DNA of 60,582 nt from Catajapyx aquilonaris (GCA_000934665.2 KZ538596.1:1-60582); one strand, 5' to 3'; counted from the first letter of the stretch, positions 1 to 26,477 are shown. Made by a program: numbers and translations. The notes: generated from the letters alone by a model not told the origin.

Positions 1-17
1 CCATATAAACACTAGGC

Positions 18-2274
18 CTATACAGAACCACCTAAGTGTCCTGCTGCATAACCACTGTATAATAAACCATTCCTTAACCCATGAACTGTGTATGTGTAAA
101 TAATATTACTATGTTGCTGCAGCTGTTCTTCCTGGCCCTCAGGCTCCAATGCACCAACCTAGTGTATGACTTTAAAGTACCGGTACGTGGAGTTCTCACA
201 AGCTTTCACTTCACTTCAACTACATGCAAAAGAGCGTGTCTCATTTTTGCATCAAAAATCGTATCAAAATAATGACTTATGAATATTAAAAATTAATGTG
301 GAAAGATGCTACCAAGAGGCAGGAATTCAGGAATGCATTTGATATTAACATGCACTATTTCAATAAATTTAAAGATGGCCTCAATAATTTTTCCAATGTT
401 GTGTCAGTTACAGTGGAATTATCCTGGAACAGAATCAATGTGAAGTTGTACACATAAAAGATGAATTGTGATCATGTAGTAGGTTTTGTTCAGGTTATTA
501 GGAGGACCCCTCCTTCTGATGTACTGGTCATTCACGTAATTGCAAAAAGAGACTGTGCGACCCTCCTTGTGACCAATCTAACCAGGAACCATTTTTGTGT
601 AATTCGGAATGAAGCTACAGGACGGGTATTTTTGAATATTTTCTGTTCAACTTTGAGTAGAATTTCTAGATCAAGAAGTTCTCCATAATGTAAACTACTC
701 CTAATAATAATATTAGTAGTGCTTGACCTCATCAGAGGTATATAGCACGGACCTTTATTATGACCGTACATATTTTGTTGGAACCTTTTTACGTAATGCC
801 TGGGGCCCACGGGCAGGATGACATCTAGGTTACATATATGTTAATACACTTGCAACATTCAAAGCTGTGTTATTATTTCAATCTACTGACAAAGTTGCAG
901 TATTCAAAGAGACATCATGCAGTTTTTTATGCACACACACCTGATTGATGCAGAAATAGATTTGATGCTTACAGTCATTCGGAGAGGGCATTCTGTGTTT
1001 CCTAGAAGGCTCATCAAGTTTACTTTTTGGCTTTGCATTACAGTGACATCTGCAGAGTGGCCACGAAATGTACTGTATCCAAGAAAGTCATTGCACAGTC
1101 CCAGTATTATATATAACTGAAGAGTGGAAATGATAAAGGGCCTAAGTGCCACATTTTTGAAGCAGAGAAAAATCGATTTTTGTGTATCCTATCCATAATA
1201 TTATTCTACTTTCTTGGTGATGATGACTTGGCAGATGCAACAATCAATCAAGGCACTTGGCCAGATCCAATAGAGTGAACATATACCACTGCTTTGTAAT
1301 AAAAATTTAAGGCCAAATGTGACGAAACAAGAAAGTCATATGCACCATGGGACCATTTCCTCATTAAGGACCTAAGTGCCAAATCTCACACTAACATTAA
1401 GTTATTCTATGATGTATCTGCTGTGTATTTATTGCAGGCTACTTATGTCCTGTGAAACAATATGCAAAGTGGGGTGTCTGTTTCAGCCAGTCGATATTAT
1501 TTTGATAGGTGTAATTGTCACAACAGGAATTTTAAATGTTGCCTTTTATTCGCCGGAGTGTTGACAAGTCACATAGTAGGGCAGATAGGTGAAGCAATTG
1601 TGCCTTTAATGATAGAAGCCTGATAGAAGCATATGAATTTGGCACACCTTTAGACAACACCCTAATGGACATTTTGGGATATGAGGCCATGTCAGATTTT
1701 TCCTGTAACTAAATTGTCAGTCATTTTTCAAAACGGCGACTATCTCGTAGGTGTCATGTAGGCATTTTTTTATTATTTAGCTATTCATGTTCAATCACTT
1801 CCTTGTGGCAGCGTGATGACTATTAGAATAGGACTGGAACTGTAGTTGAAGCTGTAATAATACACTTCGGGGTGTATGGGGGTTCCTGTGACCAGTGGTG
1901 TTGCACGACTTGAGTCTCAACTCGATCGCAGGTAGGCTATAGCGACCATCAAGTGATGGCCCCTCAGAGCTTTGAGGAGCTTTGAGAGACGTTATTGGTT
2001 CGAAGCAGCCATGATGAACAAATAGGCCTACTGTACTGCACAGTATACAGGCCTACAGTGCGGATTTTGCGCGCCCTTTTTCTGTAAAGTGTGATGAACC
2101 TGTATTCGGCGCGAAAAAAACCCCATGTTTTACCAACTGTCCACAAAGCTGAATCTGGGTCAGTTGAATGGTCCCATGGTCCTCCTGGTCATTTTCTTGG
2201 CCATAAGTGCTATAGCGTTCGTTGGCGAGCTGATTAACTTTTCTGATGACTTGCACAGAGAACGGCGGGTTCAT
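18..2274 (-). CDS. Hypothetical 3-exon gene (~158 aa), unrecognised
   Basis: Candidate exons 2274-2057, 700-583, 158-18 join with matching phases and GT-AG boundaries; no family recognised. Confidence 0.3.
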
Positions 2275-2544
2275 AGCAGCTTGACCCTATAATTATATTG
2301 TTGCTATACAAAACAAACAAACCACCACATGTCCCTGAAAAGACTGCTGTTTCATTTTATCGCACAGTAGTCCAAAATGTCAAAATATACTCGTATGACT
2401 CTAAAATCGAATATAAATACTATGCCCATTATAAATAAATTCGACACCTTGCATTCCGTGAAATCTCTATTTAATTTGTATATAAATTGGGTCAATTTAA
2501 TGCACGTGATTGATGCCTATCAATCCATGGCTATACCAGCTAGG

Positions 2545-15347
<12,803 letters not shown>

Positions 15348-16259
15348 CCTGAAGAAAATAAGTGGTAGTGGGCTTGGTTGGGGATTTATTTTCAGTTCAT
15401 TGCTTTTATGACCAGGAAAAATATATTGTCACAAGGTGGATTAAAGGTTGAAAAGCTGCCCAGATGTGTGCAGTGGAAGTCTTACACACGAATTCAAATG
15501 TAGATCAGTATAGGTAATAAGGCATGACAGGATAGGCAAGTAATAACTTGATTTTAAATAATTATAAAAGTTTGAAAAAATATGCTACATCACCATTGCA
15601 AGATACAAGAGAGGCGTCTGACTTGATATTTCATGGAGATCGATGGAGATGTATGATTTCCACCTGCCATTTTCTATTCTTGAGATATTTCTAACAACAC
15701 CTATTAATATACCATATAGACTACAGTTGACTCTGGATGTCACTTACAAGCCTTGGTTATAGCCAACTCGAAAGGCTAGTGCCGGCAGTCTTTCATATTA
15801 TTATGGCTCGTGTATTATTTTTAGTTATAGGCGTGGTTATAGGATACTGATTTCTGTGGTCCCTTGAAGTCTCTTATAGCCGAAGTCCCCTGAATATCAA
15901 ATACAGTAATGTAGAAGGTAAAGAAAACACAAATATAATGATATCATAAACTTGGACCTCATTTTGAAAAACAAAAGCTTACAAAATAGCGTGTAAGTAT
16001 GCAAATTACGCTAATTTTACGATAGCCATAAATACTAAGTGGGAACCTTTTTTGGAAATGGGTCACTATCTACCCCAATCACTACAGTTGCTTGCAAAAC
16101 TTCATCACAGCGTCAAACCTATTTTTAAATAATAAGTGTCAGAGTATTTTAAATTCCATTATGCAATTTTGGACACAATTTTTATCCCTATACTGTATAT
16201 ATCTAGGCTGATTTTGACAGTTGATTAGGCTCATCATCAACATATAAGTTCAGACGCAA

Positions 16260-16555
16260 CCGAAGCAAGTTGGTGTAGTGGATATGGAGTCCGCCTGATA
16301 ATCGGGAGGTCCTGGGTTCGAATCCCGGGGCCGGCGACCCTGAAAGTGGTTTTCTGTGGTTTTCCACGGTCCTCCCAGGATAATTCCAGGGTCGTTTCCG
16401 TAAAAACAGGCCACAGCCGCTTCCTTCCGTCCCTATCCTATCCCAAAAAAGCAAATAAAATGAAAGCAAAGAGTTCCAGTCAAAACAAAAAATTTTCCCC
16501 CTAAAGAGCCGCCGGCTGATAACGGGGTATGAATTATTATTATTATTATTATTAT
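16260..16555 (+). mobile_element. tRNA-derived SINE (family 1), full length
   Basis: A-box TGGTGTAGTGG, B-box GGTTCGAATCC, (ATT)n tail, 19-bp TSD CATATAAGTTCAGACGCAA at 16241-16259 and 16556-16574. Confidence 0.92.
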
Positions 16556-18170
16556 CATATAAGTTCAGACGCAAAAATAATTGTCTACTGGCAACCACCA
16601 AATGCTCATGAAAACTCATGCTACCACAAATGAAGTGGTGGTATTTCATAATATCGCTGCATAAAGCTTACTGGAACACTCACAGCCATGTAACGTACTG
16701 ACTATTTAGAAATATTTTCAAACCTGGAACGTCTAATACAACAAATTCACTGTGACGTAAAGAATCACACTCTTCCGGCAATCTTACTTGAGTATTTGCC
16801 TCACAAAAGGACAGAAAGATCAAGCAGTGTATCAGCCCATGATCGGGCTGAAAATATATTTTCTGGCCAAATTTTTCTGAGCAATCTCACATCTCTACAA
16901 CAGTAACAACACCCATGAGTCCAAACATGCAATATGAACTTCTCATCTTGGGGCATTGTGGTTGGGTCTGTAGGTGGATAATGTCAAGGATAATGTACTG
17001 ATTTATTTTTGCTCTCTGTCTCCTGGGAAATGCTGTAGCAGGTGTTTTATAATACACTACTGTACTGTAGCGCAGTTCTTGACAAGTTGGGAAAGGAACC
17101 TGCAGACAATGATTCTCAACCTGGATCCTCCCATTAAACATGTCTATCAAATGTTGCAAATACTCAGCATAAAAAAGACATTATTGCTGTATGTGGGAAA
17201 AGGGTGGTTATATTAGGAGAGATTCTTAGAAATGCTTTATTGATGTCAATGATGTTTATTGCAGTTTACCTGTCTTTTCATGTTGGGGGATCAAAATATG
17301 CAAATCTGGGGTAGTTGCGAATTTTATGAGACGATTTTTTGGTGTCATCAATGAAAAAGATTGGGAAGCACTGAGATAAATGGAGATGTCTGATTTTCAC
17401 CTGCCATTTCCTAACGGCCCTTACAGTTTTGAGTTTAGACCAAAGTAGCATTTGTAAAATGAGATTACAAACCATAATCCTCAAATGCAACTCAATTGCA
17501 TGTGGAGTTATAATGTTGAAGTCTGAATACTTAGAATCCAATGGCCTTTTCTCCTGTTCAGGATTTACTTGCATAACCTTTTGAAGCAATCAAATGTTTA
17601 CTAAAATATATTTTAAACAATTCATAAGTGTCCTAATTATAGCAAATAATTTGTGCATGATTAATTTAAATAAATAACTTATTTTCTATTTGAGAGCACT
17701 TGAAGCCTATTTAATTCATTACAGTACCATTCAAATATTCTCCATTTATATAGATTATTATTATTCCAGTCACGTAGCTGCTCTCCATTTGACTTCCACT
17801 TGCCATTCCCTTCCAGTCCCTTCCATTTCCTCCCATGTATCATCATTTCAGTGTGTTTCAATTTTATCAGCCCCATTCTTGCAAAGTTGCAAATCTCTGT
17901 TTCATACAACAACACCACCACCACATTTCCCTATAAGGGGTAGTCAGCCATGAAGGGAGACACAAGTTAACCCCACATATGAACTAAATTTAAACTTGTC
18001 AAAATAAAACTATCAACTACCTGTCCCACCCCCTCCCTCCTCCTCTATTACTCACCCCCATTAATCAACCGACGCCATTTACACCTGCCTAAACAAACAA
18101 CCTTAGCCTCAGCCATGTCCATGGTCCTATTGACACATGAACGTCTAGGCTTAACACTAGCAACACCCAA

Positions 18171-18992
18171 CCCTTAATTGGTAACGTGGGGTCCTTTTCG
18201 GACCCCAGGGTATACTTATGTCATCACCTTGAAGCAGGTTTTTGTCAAAATGAAAATTCCCACACCTATATTCCTGAAATATACTCTTTCACAGCTGAAA
18301 AAAAATTATGAGCACCGAAAAAAAATTCTAAAGGGAGTTAACGTCATTTAAACGCTCACTAGTCGTCTTGGGGTCCAAAAAGGACCCCACGTTACCAGTT
18401 AGCGACCAGTTTTTTCCGACCCTAAAATAATAGACACGGCAAATTCATGATGTAGCAAGCATAAAAAATCGCAGAGGTGTGAAAAAATTTATCCATGTAT
18501 AGTATTGTAAGGAGACCACCATTACAGCTGCTGGGTCACGAACGTGGGATACGGGTAAACAGTAAACACCGCCTCAGGTGTCAACCAAGGGTCAGAGGAG
18601 GTCAAATTTTTACAAAATCTGTCACTTATAGAGTGCGTTTACATGGGACTAAAAATCGGCCTAGCTACGGCCGCCTATGCTAGGCGAACCAGTTTACTTC
18701 CATGTAGCCGCTGGGCCTACGATAGACCGGCCTTGTCTGAGCCGTTGTCGGGCGCAGTCCAAGCCTTTTGGATCGGGTGGACTACCTAAGGCGATGGCCT
18801 TGCTTAGGAAGCCTGGGTCAGGCCGATTTTTAGTCCCATGTAAACGTACTCATAGTCCCAGCCGAATTTAGGAAGCATTTATATTTTGATGGTTTTGTTA
18901 ATGTAAGTTTGTAATCGAAAAAACGACGTGGGGTCCAAAAAGGACCCCACGTTACCAGTTAAGCATGGCTAAATGAGGTTGCCAGTTAAGGG
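18171..18992. mobile_element. piggyBac-like MITE
   Basis: TIR CCCTTAA(T/C)TGG(T/C)AAC, TTAA on the right flank, three internal GGGGTCC(N)5GGACCCC palindromes. Confidence 0.7.
18631..18851. mobile_element. Harbinger/PIF-like MITE nested in the piggyBac-like element
   Basis: ~31-bp TIR GAGTGCGTTTACATGGGACTAAAAATCGGCC, 3-bp flanks ATA/ATA. Confidence 0.75.
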
Positions 18993-19176
18993 TTAACACC
19001 CTCTGTTTCATAATGAGTAGAATCTGGACACATTTGCTTTCAAAGAAACACAAATTCCTCTATAATCTATACAAGGCATACCGGCAGTCATCTTTTATCA
19101 TATACAGAATAATTCACTAGGCATGACTCTGTCCCTATGCAAGCACTGTCTCATAACCTAGGTGCATGTAGTAACC

Positions 19177-19532
19177 CAGTGGCGTCGCTAGTGTTGTTGT
19201 CACCTGGTGCGGCAACTCGTGGTGTCACCCCCCCTCCCTCCACCCCCCTGGCCCAAGGACCAGGACCCTCTCCCGTGCCCGACCGTACAGAATACTTGGT
19301 TATTTTTTAGTACTAATGAAGCTCTCATGTATATCATTGATTGCCATGTGAATAGTTGTCATGAAAAGGGTGTCCCTGTGTCACTCGTGTCACCCGGTGT
19401 GGCGGTGCTATTAGCATATTAGGTGATATAAAATTAGGAAATAATTTTTTAACAATCACTTGGGTGTCACCCCCTTTGAGGGTGTCACCCGGTGCGGTCC
19501 GCACCCCCCGCACCTGCCTAGAGACGCCACTG
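19177..19532. mobile_element. hAT-type MITE
   Basis: TIR CAGTGGCGTC.CTAG, perfect 8-bp TSD TAGTAACC, repeated GGTGTCACCC subterminal motifs. Confidence 0.88.
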
Positions 19533-20425
19533 TAGTAACCATAGTTATAACTCCCCATTCAATAATGACAAGACACAACAGGTTCACTGTCTGTATGGTG
19601 GTCAGAGGTTGGGACACACTTCAACTGCCAGGTGAGACATGTGCTGGTTATAGCGCCCTAGTGGGCTTTGTCTATGCGATGGCTCATCACTAACATTCCT
19701 AGTACTACTTGCCCCCTGAGAGCAGCAGTAGTGTGCGAAGAGGGAGCCTATGCAGGGGAAAAACTATCAAGGTCCACTTTTGTCAAAAATGAGTTAACTT
19801 ACATATCACATTGGATAGTATAACTAGTGTAGAATATGATGGTGTGGTGGTAGAGTAATGATCATAGTCCACTATGGAAGGACATGGGATGTACAATAGA
19901 ATTGTTATGAGCCTTAAAAATTTGAAATTGCAATATCTCAGTTTCACATGGTCTTCAAATGGTAGTGGACTACTAAAACTGGTATATCATACTACATCTA
20001 CGTGGGGCAAGGGCTGGGCAGTGTTTCAAAATTTTGGCAATGGGTTCACTACTAGTTTGTGATATACAGGTAGGCCCTGGTTTAAAGTGATCCATTTTAT
20101 ATTTCACATTAACAATTATTTCAAGATTACCAGTGCTTAAAAAAATGAAAAACTTTGCAACACCTTTGAGTCCAATTATGCTAAAGCTAAATGAACTTCT
20201 CGCTGTCTTGGGACATTGTGGCTGGGTCTGTAGGTGTATAATGACGGTCTCTGCCTTCCCCAAAATACTGTGGTTGTTGTTATAATAATACACTATTGTG
20301 CATTACTGTAGCACAGTTCCTGACAAAAATGGGAAAGGAACCCTCAGACTGCAACCTGGACCCTCCCTTTAAACATGTGCATCAGATGTTGTGAATTCTC
20401 AGCATAAAAAAGGCATATTATCTTA

Positions 20426-21097
20426 CAAGGGAACGGTCAGGGTCAACAACCTCCAATTTGGTTGAATCTGGCTTGAGGGGTCATTCATGTGCGAAAGACA
20501 CAGTGGTGAAAGTGTTAGCTCGCAACGTCCAGCCGTTTCCGAGATATGAGCGACAGAAACATCCGAATTTTGGCCGCGCGCATTTGCCGGGAGCCGCTCT
20601 GCCAGCTCCAAATCCCCTCTACCTTGATTCCCCCCACTTTTATCGATCTCACACCACCATCCCCCACTCCCCCACCAACATTTTCGTTTTCCAGTTTCTT
20701 TGCTCCGGTATGTATTATGAGACCATCAAGCTGCTTTCTTTCGCTTCTGTCAACTGCGAATAAAGAGCTTCTATACCTAAAATTGGGTAATGGGGAAAAC
20801 TCATAATAAATACCGGAGCAAAGAAACTATGGAAAACGAAAATGTTGGTGGGGGAGTGGGGGATGGTGGTGTGGGATCGAAAAAAGTGGGGGGAATCAAG
20901 GTAGAAGGGATTTGGAGCTGGCAGAGCAGCTCCCGGCAAATGGGAGCGGCCAAAATTCGGATGTTTCTGTCGCTCATATCTCGGAAACGGTTGGACGTTG
21001 CGAGCGAACACTTTCAACACTGTGTCTATCGCACATGAATGACCCCTCAAGCCAGTTTCAACCAAATCGGAGGTTGTCGACCCTGACCGTTCCCTTG
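20426..21097. mobile_element. 672-bp foldback MITE
   Basis: ~290-bp inverted arms starting CAAGGGAACGGTCAGGGTC, TTA on both flanks. Confidence 0.85.
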
Positions 21098-21599
21098 TTA
21101 GTACTGGAAAAGGTTGGTTAGGGGAGATGTTAGAACTGCTTTATTTAATCTATGCTTTATTATTATCATCCATTGCTAATTATGGTTGGAGAGGTGGCAT
21201 CTTGTGTCAATGTGTGGAAGAAACATAGGGGAAATGGTGGAATGGGAGAAGGTGATATTACAAGATTAGTAAATATCAATTTACTGTATTCCAAATAAAC
21301 TTACATCCATTCCAAATACATCCAGTTGAAGAAAAGCCCCACTCAATAAAAGAACACATGACACACTCTTGGTGCCCTGGTTGACCCCGCTGATACAGTT
21401 GGCCTGCCCAGCTACTACCAGGAAGACCGGGGTGCCCACTCCAGTGGTCCTAATCAGACCTAACGCACATTTCTGGTCAGGACAAAAATGCGAGTTAGGT
21501 CCAATGAGGTACAATATCATCGTCCATAGAATGGGATGCTGGGGGCGCTACCCCACCCCTTGGCTGGCCACAGCGTAGTAGTACAGCCAGAGCTCGACT

Positions 21600-21830
21600 T
21601 ACTTGGGCCATTAAGGGGATCTTTTCATGGACCTTCTTTAATCATTGCCTGTGTGTGCCGTGATGGATTTGGATTGTGGCAGGAAATGGGAGGGCGGCGA
21701 GAAAACACCACCTACACACAGACAGAACCCATCATAACTCTATCCAGATAAGTATCCTCAGTCCGACCTAGGGATCGAACTGGGGACCTCAGAGCTGGAA
21801 GGCTGTGGCGCTAACCTCTCCTACACCATA
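21600..21830 (-). mobile_element. tRNA-derived SINE (family 3), older copy just downstream of the F-box A stop
   Basis: Similar to copies at 33674 and 50941; B-box on the minus strand (gggatcgaac). Confidence 0.7.
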
Positions 21831-21850
21831 CCCATACCCATACCAACCTC

Positions 21851-24582
21851 TCAATAAAAGTCAAGCCAAGAAGATGAATCCCACTTAATTTTGAGACTTG
21901 GATTCACTACTTTCATACATTGGGAATTCTCATCCTCATTACCTAGGTTGCAGAATGTCACATCAAGCACCTGTAGATCCTTGCAGCTTGTAATCAGGTT
22001 GATCAGCCCATTTAATGTGATTCTGTCACACCCCCCGACATTCAAATAGGTCAGATGGGGACAGGTGGTGGCAATGGCAGACAAGCAGGTGTTGTCCACA
22101 CTTTGATTGTTGTACAGGTCGAGCACTTGAAGGCTTTTGCATGTGTCAGAGAGTCGAAGAAATGTAACCATCACTTCTGTAGCGATGTACATTGCATTCC
22201 TCAAGGTCAGTGCACGCAGATTCTTCAGATGTGAGAGCCCATTCAAGAGGCAAGAATTAGTCATGCAACAATTTGTGATGAGGTGAAGCTCCTGCAACTT
22301 TGCAAACTGACCAACACGTGTGTATGACCTTGGGACCATGAGCTTCTTCGCTGTAAATTTAACTATCTGTGCACCAACAGTTGCTGTCAGTACTTTCACC
22401 TCGGCATCAGCTGAAGGAAGATGTGTAGCGGTAAAAACTTCCTTCAAACCCTGCCAGTTTCGCACAATTGATGTGTCCAGGGGTCGTGATCCACTTGTTT
22501 CAACTAGAGAAATGGACTGCAGATTTTTGCATTCGGCAAATATGTCCAGGAAATGTCTGCAATCACCCTCCATATTGCAGTGCCTTATGTAAACCTGCAA
22601 GAGAGAGTACTTGATAGAATTGCCAGGATGAGCATGAGCTTAGGTATCCAAAATTAGGAATAAGAGAGCTTTCTACTATGGCTGCTGGTTGGCATCAACA
22701 AGTGATAGCACAATGCCGCTACTTCAGATCATGCAAAAAAATAGTGTAAGTAACATTACAGGCTAACACAGTAAAACCTGGATATAATGCTCTTCAAGGG
22801 ACCTCCCAAAAGTAGTGTTATAAGCGGGAATTGGTTATATGTGGGAAATGCTGTTTAATTCACCCTTTTCCCAGGAAACGAATGCCTTCACTGTTTCTAT
22901 GCATATGGATGCTTATAAACCATGCTAACCTGAACTGACCTGACCACATACTACGCAGACTCTTAAAATATCCCCGAAGTCCCCCCCCAAAAAAGACTAA
23001 CCAGGGTCACAGTTCACATAAGTCACCTCTCCGCAACCCTTTCTGGCTATTAGAAGACACAAAGACATGACAGACTATATTAAGAGAGAAATGAAGAGAG
23101 AAAGAAGGCAGGAAATACTGGTATCTCTCTATGCATGTCTCCTACCCCACAAAGACATTTCTGACTAGGGTGACCCAGGCAGTAGATGAAGCAACTAACA
23201 ATACGGGGTGTTTATTACTAGTATTAAGCAAGTTGCAAGTTTTGTTGCAAGTTTTGCTGCAAGCTTTGCTGCAAACTTTGCAGAAGGGTCATTTCGCATG
23301 CTTTGAAGTCGAAGGCGACTATAATAATAGAGAACCAGGACTCCAAGGCTCTCCATTATTATAATCGACTTCGACTTCAAAGCATGCGAGATGACCCTTC
23401 TCCTTCACGGCACCGGAGAGAGCTACAGACATGGTGCAAGGCGACCGCGACTGGGCAGCCAGGACCGGCGACTCGTGACCGGATACAGGTGTTGCGGCTT
23501 CAGAATGGCGCCTTTAGACTGTATTTTCACCCTGCTAACGTGGAAATTAGCAGCGGAGGTGATGTTTTCTCAGCACTATAGGCCAAGCCGAATTAAAAAA
23601 TCCAAAAATTTTCAAAATTCAAGAGAGTAAAAAGAGTCACTTTGGTTGTGAGCCAAGGGCACACAGCTGCCGCGTCATCATTCGTGTGAAAAAACGCCCT
23701 GAGTACAGGGTGTCCGTAAAGTCTGGACCCTTGGGAGTTTCTTATAGTAGCCTACAGTGTTGTGGTAATATTATGCAACCATAATAACAGTGTATAGTGA
23801 TTATGTAAACTTGTTAGGCTTATCGACGTTATGCGAGCCAAACGATACTTAAAAAATTATTTCTGGAACACCCTGTAGATGAATTTTTTCCGGCCATTAA
23901 AAAGGACCACCATGAATTTAAATGATTAATTTTGGTGCGAAGTTAATATCACTCCTACATCAAATTTTGGACAAAAAAGAAAGAAAAAAAACAGCTCAAA
24001 AACCTGCCAAAAACTCTGCCATAAACAGGTTAAGGAACTAATCACAATAAAGAGAGAGCCATGAGCAGTCAAAGAAAATTAACATTCATACCTGCTTCAA
24101 GTTTTTACACTTGGATGCAAGGCGACTGAGAGGTTCCTCGTGAAAAGTCATGTATTCCAGGTGTAACTCCTCTAATTTTGGACACACTGCTTCCAAGATG
24201 CCATCAATCTCATCATCATACAATCTCACTACCTTCAGTTTCTTCAACTGGATCATGCCACCAATGAGTCTGGGGCCAAGACCATCCCTCACACCAGGCC
24301 ATGTTAAAGTTATTTCATGCCAGAGGCTGTGGTCCAGAGAGAGTTCTTTCCAGTATTTGCAGACCAGGCCAGCTGTATGCACTAGGTCAGTTTTTGGCAA
24401 GAATGAAAATATGTGAAGTAGCAGCTCCCTTGGAAATATCTTCCCCTAAAAATTCATATCAGCTCATTATTTCTTGCTATACTGGCACAATTCGAGTCAT
24501 CAACTGTAAGTGCTGTCACCTCAGAATTGTTCTGCATAAATCTTGGCTTCTTTGCATCTGGTGGTTCAGCTCTCTCCTCCAT
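21851..24582 (-). CDS. F-box/leucine-rich-repeat protein (FBXL-like), paralog A, 386 aa
   Basis: Exons 24582-24520, 24445-24092, 22594-21851, all phase 0 GT-AG. F-box IFPRELLLHIFSFLPKTDLVHTAGLVCKYW..LW; cysteine-containing LRRs (LQVLDLYNNQSVDNTCLSAIATTCPHLTYLNVGGCDRIT); N-terminal NLS-like PDAKKPR; 5'-UTR splice acceptor at 24612-24614. Confidence 0.88.
23282..23401. repeat. 120-nt inverted repeat (hairpin) preceded by a 12-mer tandem repeat
   Basis: AGAAGGGTCATTTCGCATGCTTTGAAGTCGAAG pairs with CTTCGACTTCAAAGCATGCGAGATGACCCTTCT; GCAAGTTTTG(T/C)T-like units at 23236-23281. Confidence 0.85.
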
Positions 24583-24656
24583 TGTTGGGTGTCAGATGAT
24601 ACTGAAGCAGTCTGCCGAGAGAGAAACAAGCAATTTATCCCATCTCTTTCATGATA

Positions 24657-25237
24657 CAAGGGCCATACTAAAATGATTTACAATCTATTTTTTGCCACAA
24701 ATACAGTGCCCGTACAGGTCAGCAGATCTGCACGCCTTATCGATATAATCCTCGTGGAGCCGAACACACAGAAGTCATGGGTGTGGAACCTCTCCGTGCC
24801 CTCCAGTCTAATAACTTTTTGGAGGTCCGGCGCACCCACTCCCGGACAACTGCTTACAGTCAACAAGGTCCTCAACGTGGTGTCGGCAAAGGGGTTTTTT
24901 CATGTGTCTGAACAGGTGAAAGTTACTGGGTGCCATGTTGGGTGAGTACAGCGGATGTGGAAGCACCCAAACCCAGATCCAGGAAAAAACCCCTTCGCCG
25001 ACACCATTTCGAGGACATTGTTTACAGTTGTTGACTGTGATCAGTTGTCCGGTAGTGGGTGCATCGCACCTCCAAAAAGTGGTTCCTGGAGGGCCTGGAG
25101 AGGTTGACACACCTGTGGTGGTACGGAATTCGGCTTCAGGAGGACTCTACCTATAATGTGTCACTATCTGCCGACCTGCATGGGGACTGTATTTGTGGCA
25201 ACAAAATAAATTGTAAATCATTTTAGTATGGCCCTCG
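24657..25237. mobile_element. mariner-derived foldback MITE
   Basis: TA-C(A/G)AGGGCCATACTAAAATGATTTACAA TIRs; minus-strand remnant HPLYSPNMAPSNFHLF (mariner HPPYSPDLAPSDFHLF). Confidence 0.88.
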
Positions 25238-26207
25238 TAATAAGGGCAGATGAAAACCAAATTCAATGCAAGCAGAGGGAAGCCTTTTTTTTTTGGTCAT
25301 TTCAGGATGATTCAACCAAAAAATAAATAAATAGGGCCTACCATAAGCAGGGGTGACTTTGCAACAGATCAGTGTTTGTCAGAGAAAATTGTCCCGTAAA
25401 GCATTCGACTCAGCTCACCAAGCTCTACAGTATGCGTCATTTTCACCAAGATTGGACAACTTTGAAATTCCGACTTTCAGCACCTCTAGCGCCCAAACGG
25501 CACGGTAGATTTTCTTCGGCCTTCAGAACAATTCACCCTGAGGACAAGGTCTATTAACTGACCAAGTTTCAGCCAAATCCAACTGGGGGCACTTTTCCAT
25601 AAGGATTTAACCCATGTCCTTTGTCTGGCCAAAGAAGAGGCAGGATAGTTTGCTATTTATTGTTGACAGAATTGTTAACAACAATGAATAACAAACTAAG
25701 CAGGCTCTTCTTCAGCCAGACAAATTTTCTGGGAGCCGGTGCAACACAGCTTAGGATGTACTATCGGCACGGAAATGGTATGGGCACGTGGGAGTAAGCT
25801 GAACATTGACAAGTGTCCGTTTCATTTCCGCGCCGATAGTACATCTGGTACCTGGACCTCTTTGTTCTGTGAGGCCAACTGTGCACAAAACCTCTAACAA
25901 ATGTACATCACAATAAGAGACGGGATGGACTACAGGCCTACATAATAAAAGGTACAGAGGCACAGTGAGTCGTCTGGATATTTCCCATTTAAATAGTGGC
26001 TAATAAGAATTGGATGCCCGAGGGCATCCAGTCACGTCAAAGTGCAACTTATTTGGTGAAGAAATCGCCTGAACCAGATGGGCCAGCTTCAGGAAAATGT
26101 CACCTGATCAGCTAATTTTATCTTGAACCAGCAGCTGTTGGGAATAGGCCTGGACTGGTGCATCCAACAGGTGGTTGCTTCACTTTTAAAGCTGGACAGT
26201 AAGTTAA

Positions 26208-26477
26208 CCCTGGAACCGTGCCGTGGGGTCTTTTTGGACCCCAAGGAAAAAATGCATTAAAATTATAATTACAATGAACTTTCGCCATTTTTTACAGGAA
26301 GTGCAGGTTTATTTTGAATTAGCGATCATTTTAGGCATTGTTGAAAGAATGATTGCATATAGTCAATACATTGACAAGTATTTTATAATAATCAATAAAA
26401 ATTAAAATATGGTGGGGTCCGAAAAGACCCCACGGCACAGTTGACGTAATACTCGTAGGCACGGCACGGTTCCAGGG
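26208..26477. mobile_element. piggyBac-like MITE
   Basis: TTAA TSD, TIR CCCTGGAACCGTGCCGTG; second copy at 58264-58526, fragment near 35753. Confidence 0.9.

Noticed and set aside
16260..16335. tRNA genes at SINE heads (also near 7330, 27930, 33700, 41080, 49370)
   Set aside because: A/B boxes are present, but they continue into SINE bodies with tails and TSDs; no complete cloverleaf seen.
17278..17589. ORF as the C-terminus of a third F-box copy
   Set aside because: Only a MxVNP-like resemblance and no LRR pattern.
18186..18950. CRISPR-like spaced palindromic repeats
   Set aside because: Irregular spacing inside a piggyBac-like MITE; eukaryotic context with no cas genes.
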